A stretch of 63,993 nt of DNA, the filler included, from Catajapyx aquilonaris (Eukaryota), in the NCBI GenBank assembly GCA_000934665.2. It is 4 parts of 4 records of this genome, joined end to end, with 100 filler letters (N's around TTAATTAATTAA, not from the genome) between each part and the next. Parts side by side here need not be neighbours in the genome. Positions count along the whole stretch, not along the records: positions 48,201 to 63,993 come from JYFJ02007390.1; 3 more parts are not named here. The stretch is one strand, 5' to 3'. The position numbers and the translations under genes were made by a program. Below are positions 61,152-63,993 of this stretch, in pieces. The notes below the pieces were generated by a model, which saw nothing but the letters and a program-made list of their open reading frames with translations, had not been told where the DNA came from and did not search any database. The first letter of the stretch is position 1; every line of letters starts with the position of its first letter.

Positions 61152-61524
61152 AATTCATAATATGCTAGTTGCCCTGCCTCCCCCTTTCCCAGTCTTTCTC
61201 ACCGGCAAAATATGTCAGTAAAGAATTTGCAGAAAATTCAGTGTCAGATATAGCAGAAACCTGACCATTACGCAATTTTATTTTGATCCTGTGTGATCCA
61301 CTATACACATGTTTCACTGTTTAAAAAAAAAATCATGTCAGCAACCTTTCTCAACAGTGCAAATATTTGTAGTGAAAGCTATGAATTTATCATCATTCGT
61401 AATTGAAATTTAAATGTAACGACAACAACAACAATAATAATAATAACAATAATAATAATTCTGGGTAGTGCTTTCACCCCCCTTGTGGTACGTATGTCAC
61501 ATGGACCTCTATTCACCATTTTTA

Positions 61525-62656
61525 TGAGGGTCAATTGGAATTGATTTACACTCATTCTTTTTTTCCACTGAAGAAGTGGTCCTAGAAGTTCCAGTATTCA
61601 CCACTAGATGTCAGAACGAGTCTTCCTGAGTGCCACAAAAAATTCGATGCCATTTGTGTCTTGCATCGTCACGGTGCCCACCGAAAGTAGTGCCGTAGCT
61701 TTCGTCATGGACAACGTTGCAGGAGACTACCATGGGCAGCGGTGGACCACATGGTTCTTGTGGACGGAAGGAGTGGCAGCGACAGATGTTAATCCTACTG
61801 GTGGACTGGCTGGAGAAGGGCAATACAATCAACAGCGAAAGGTACGGTGTCACCCTTTGTCGTCTGTGTCGAAGGATCCAGCAACGCCGCAAAGAGAAGT
61901 GGGTGCGGAAGGTCTTGCTCCTTCATGATAACTCTTGTCCGACGGGGCCAGGTCCGGGGAATATGGTGGGGGGTTGAAGGTCGTGTATCCCAGCTGTTCC
62001 AGCCAACATGTCGTTGCACAGCTGGTGTGGGGCCGAGCGTTATCATGGAGGAGCAAGACCTTCGCACCCACTTCCCTTTGCGGCGTTGCTGGATCCTTCG
62101 ACACAGACGACGAAGGGTGACACCGTACCTTTCGCTGTTGATCGTATTGCCCTTCTCCAGCCAGTCCACCAGGAGGATGAATATCTGTCGCTGCCACTCC
62201 TTCCTTCCACAAAAACCATGTGGTCCACCGCTGCTCGTGGTAGTCTCCTGCAACATTGTCCATGACGAGAGCTACGGGCACTACTTTCTGTGGGCACTGT
62301 GATGATACAACTGACACGAATCTAGTGGTGAATAATGGAACTTCTAGGACCACTTCTTCAGCGGGAAAAAGAAAGTGTGTAAATCACAAGGGGGTAGTCA
62401 CTCCTCAAAAAAGTGTACACCAGCTCTCTTGAGTTGCAGCTCTCCCCTGGCTCACCAGCAGAGCTCACCCATGGTCTTATGGGCTCATTGATGCCTCATA
62501 GCCGCAAAGAGCCTCATCATATGACGCAATGATATGACGTCAATATGACGTAGTTTTCCCTCGGCTCTCCACGGCTCACCATTGAGGGTGTACACCGGCT
62601 CTCCAAAGTGGCTACCCGGCCTACCCCCTTGGTAAATCATTTCCAAATGACCCTCG
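61525..62656. mobile_element. Defective mariner rearranged into an inverted duplication (fold-back), inserted in a SINE B copy
   Basis: TA-flanked TIRs YGAGGGTCAWTTGGAAWTGATTT. Transposase remnants ILLVDWLEKGNTINSERY...VLLLHDN on both strands; the minus copy continues HDNARPHT...PPYSPDLAPSD. SINE B tail to the left (~61435-61523), body to the right (~62657-62815). Confidence 0.85.
62387..62631. mobile_element. 245-bp MITE with 8-bp TSD (P- or hAT-type) nested in the mariner
   Basis: TSD GTAAATCA (62379-62386, 62632-62639). TIR CAAGGGGGTAG / CTACCCCCTTG. Confidence 0.85.
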
Positions 62657-63503
62657 TATGTACATTGTACATTGGAACCTTTATAAGAAGCGCCCGGGTC
62701 CATGGGCTGGGTGGATGGGAGGGGATGTGCAGTGCTATGTCCTTGTTTTGGCCATTTTGTGAACTCTCCTGGATGGTTAGTCTCAAGGAATCTCACCTAA
62801 CATCCGTGGGCGTATACATCAAGGAACAGTGAATAGGCCGTAGGCCAGGAAGCGCAATACTCGATGCGCGGGAAAAAAGTGTTGTCGTCACGAGCCTGTG
62901 TGACGTCACCTGGTACACCTCTTGTTTTGCTCCCAACGCAAAGCTAATGGGATCACGCCTACAGGCGGGGAATGTGGCGCTTTACGGCCCTATGTATGAC
63001 TACAGATTTATCGCATATTTTTTTCAATGAACCTATGGCTATCAGGAATTTGGCAAACTACTTTTCGTTTGTTATTCTATGAAATAAACAATTTTAAGTT
63101 ACAATAAAAGAAACCCCCCATCGATTGCAATGGGGCATTCAATGATATCAAGATGATATTCAATGATGGAATTCATGGCTTATCGACAGGCAAAGATCAC
63201 GCTACCCTTTTAATATTGTATTATATATAATAATAATAATATAATATAATAACTGGGGTAGTGCTTTCACCCCCAACTGGGGGTATATCACACGTTCCTT
63301 TATTTTTGTTATTATTATTTTTACATTAGCTGGTGCAGGGACAAGGTAAGGATAGGAAGGGGGGACACTGGTGCATGTGCAATCTCTCATGTTGGAGGTC
63401 GTGTGCAGTCCCCCAGGGGGTCCGTTCGCCATAGATGGACCCCCTAGATGCGGGTCAGAAACCCCCGACTGACCCGCATCTCCTCCAGGACAGGGAAAGG
63501 AGG

Positions 63504-63846
63504 CAGGCCCGTAGCTTCAGTGGGCCCCTAGGCAGATTCACTCGGGGGGGCCCTCTCCCATTCCACGCCCTCCCCCCTCGAACTCTTCTCCAATCCACTA
63601 AAAAAAAGTGACACTACGAAAAACAAATTTTCAAGCACCAGTGGGTTTTATTTCTTTCAATCTACAAGAGGGTAAACTTCTTGCCTTGCTCATTGCCTCT
63701 TTGAAGTTTTTTTTAGTTCATGTTTAATGGATAGCACAGCCAAATTAGTCAAGCAATCGTGGGTCATGGTGGATCTCTGATACGTTTTGATCAACACTAG
63801 TTTGCTGAACGATCTCTCTGCTTCGGCCACTGTCACCGGAAGGGTA
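63504..63846 (-). mobile_element. hAT transposon 3' relic (dimerisation-domain pseudogene)
   Basis: Minus strand reads TLPVTVAEAERSFSK / frameshift / LVLIKTYQRSTMTHDCLTNLAVLSIKHE, the hAT C-terminal dimerisation motif. A CAGGCCCGTAG terminus lies at 63504. Confidence 0.8.
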
Positions 63847-63993
63847 TCATCAGTGAATCAAGTATTGTCCCGCCATGCGGGTTACAGTCTGGCCAGGATA
63901 ACTTTGACCTCGCTCGTTAACCATCGACTACGCTTTCCTAGCTGTGTTTAATCGGCTACTCTTCTCTGGCGGAGTCACGTGGTGGTTGAAGGG

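Overview
Eukaryotic, intron-containing animal DNA, most consistent with an arthropod (divergent ionotropic receptor, short GT-AG introns, tRNA-headed SINEs, many MITEs). It is not one contiguous locus. Three identical 100-nt spacers (N44-TTAATTAATTAA-N44 at 16023, 32065 and 48101) join four ~16-kb pieces. Piece 1 holds an intronless divergent ionotropic receptor, three tandem intact double-HMG-box genes with basic termini and interleaved C2H2-gene relics, a 7-exon Myb/SANT-like gene with a U6 snRNA fragment in its leader intron, an AT-rich satellite with a MITE, and a 4-finger C2H2 gene. Piece 2 holds a TKL-type pseudokinase on the minus strand. A tiny single-HMG-box gene with a protamine-like poly-Arg tail lies antisense just past its last visible exon and is absent from the ORF track. 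The rest of piece 2 is repeats. Piece 3 is mostly intronic and repetitive, with one BCL11-type zinc-finger exon. Piece 4 holds internal exons of PRPF39 with a ~450-aa acidic repeat insertion, a 3.2-kb nest of four palindromic elements, a fold-back mariner and a hAT relic. The best candidate for new biology is the family of basic HMG-box genes, which may be lineage-specific sperm chromatin (protamine/transition-like) proteins. That role is inference and needs expression data. All exon models were derived by hand from splice signals and reading frame.
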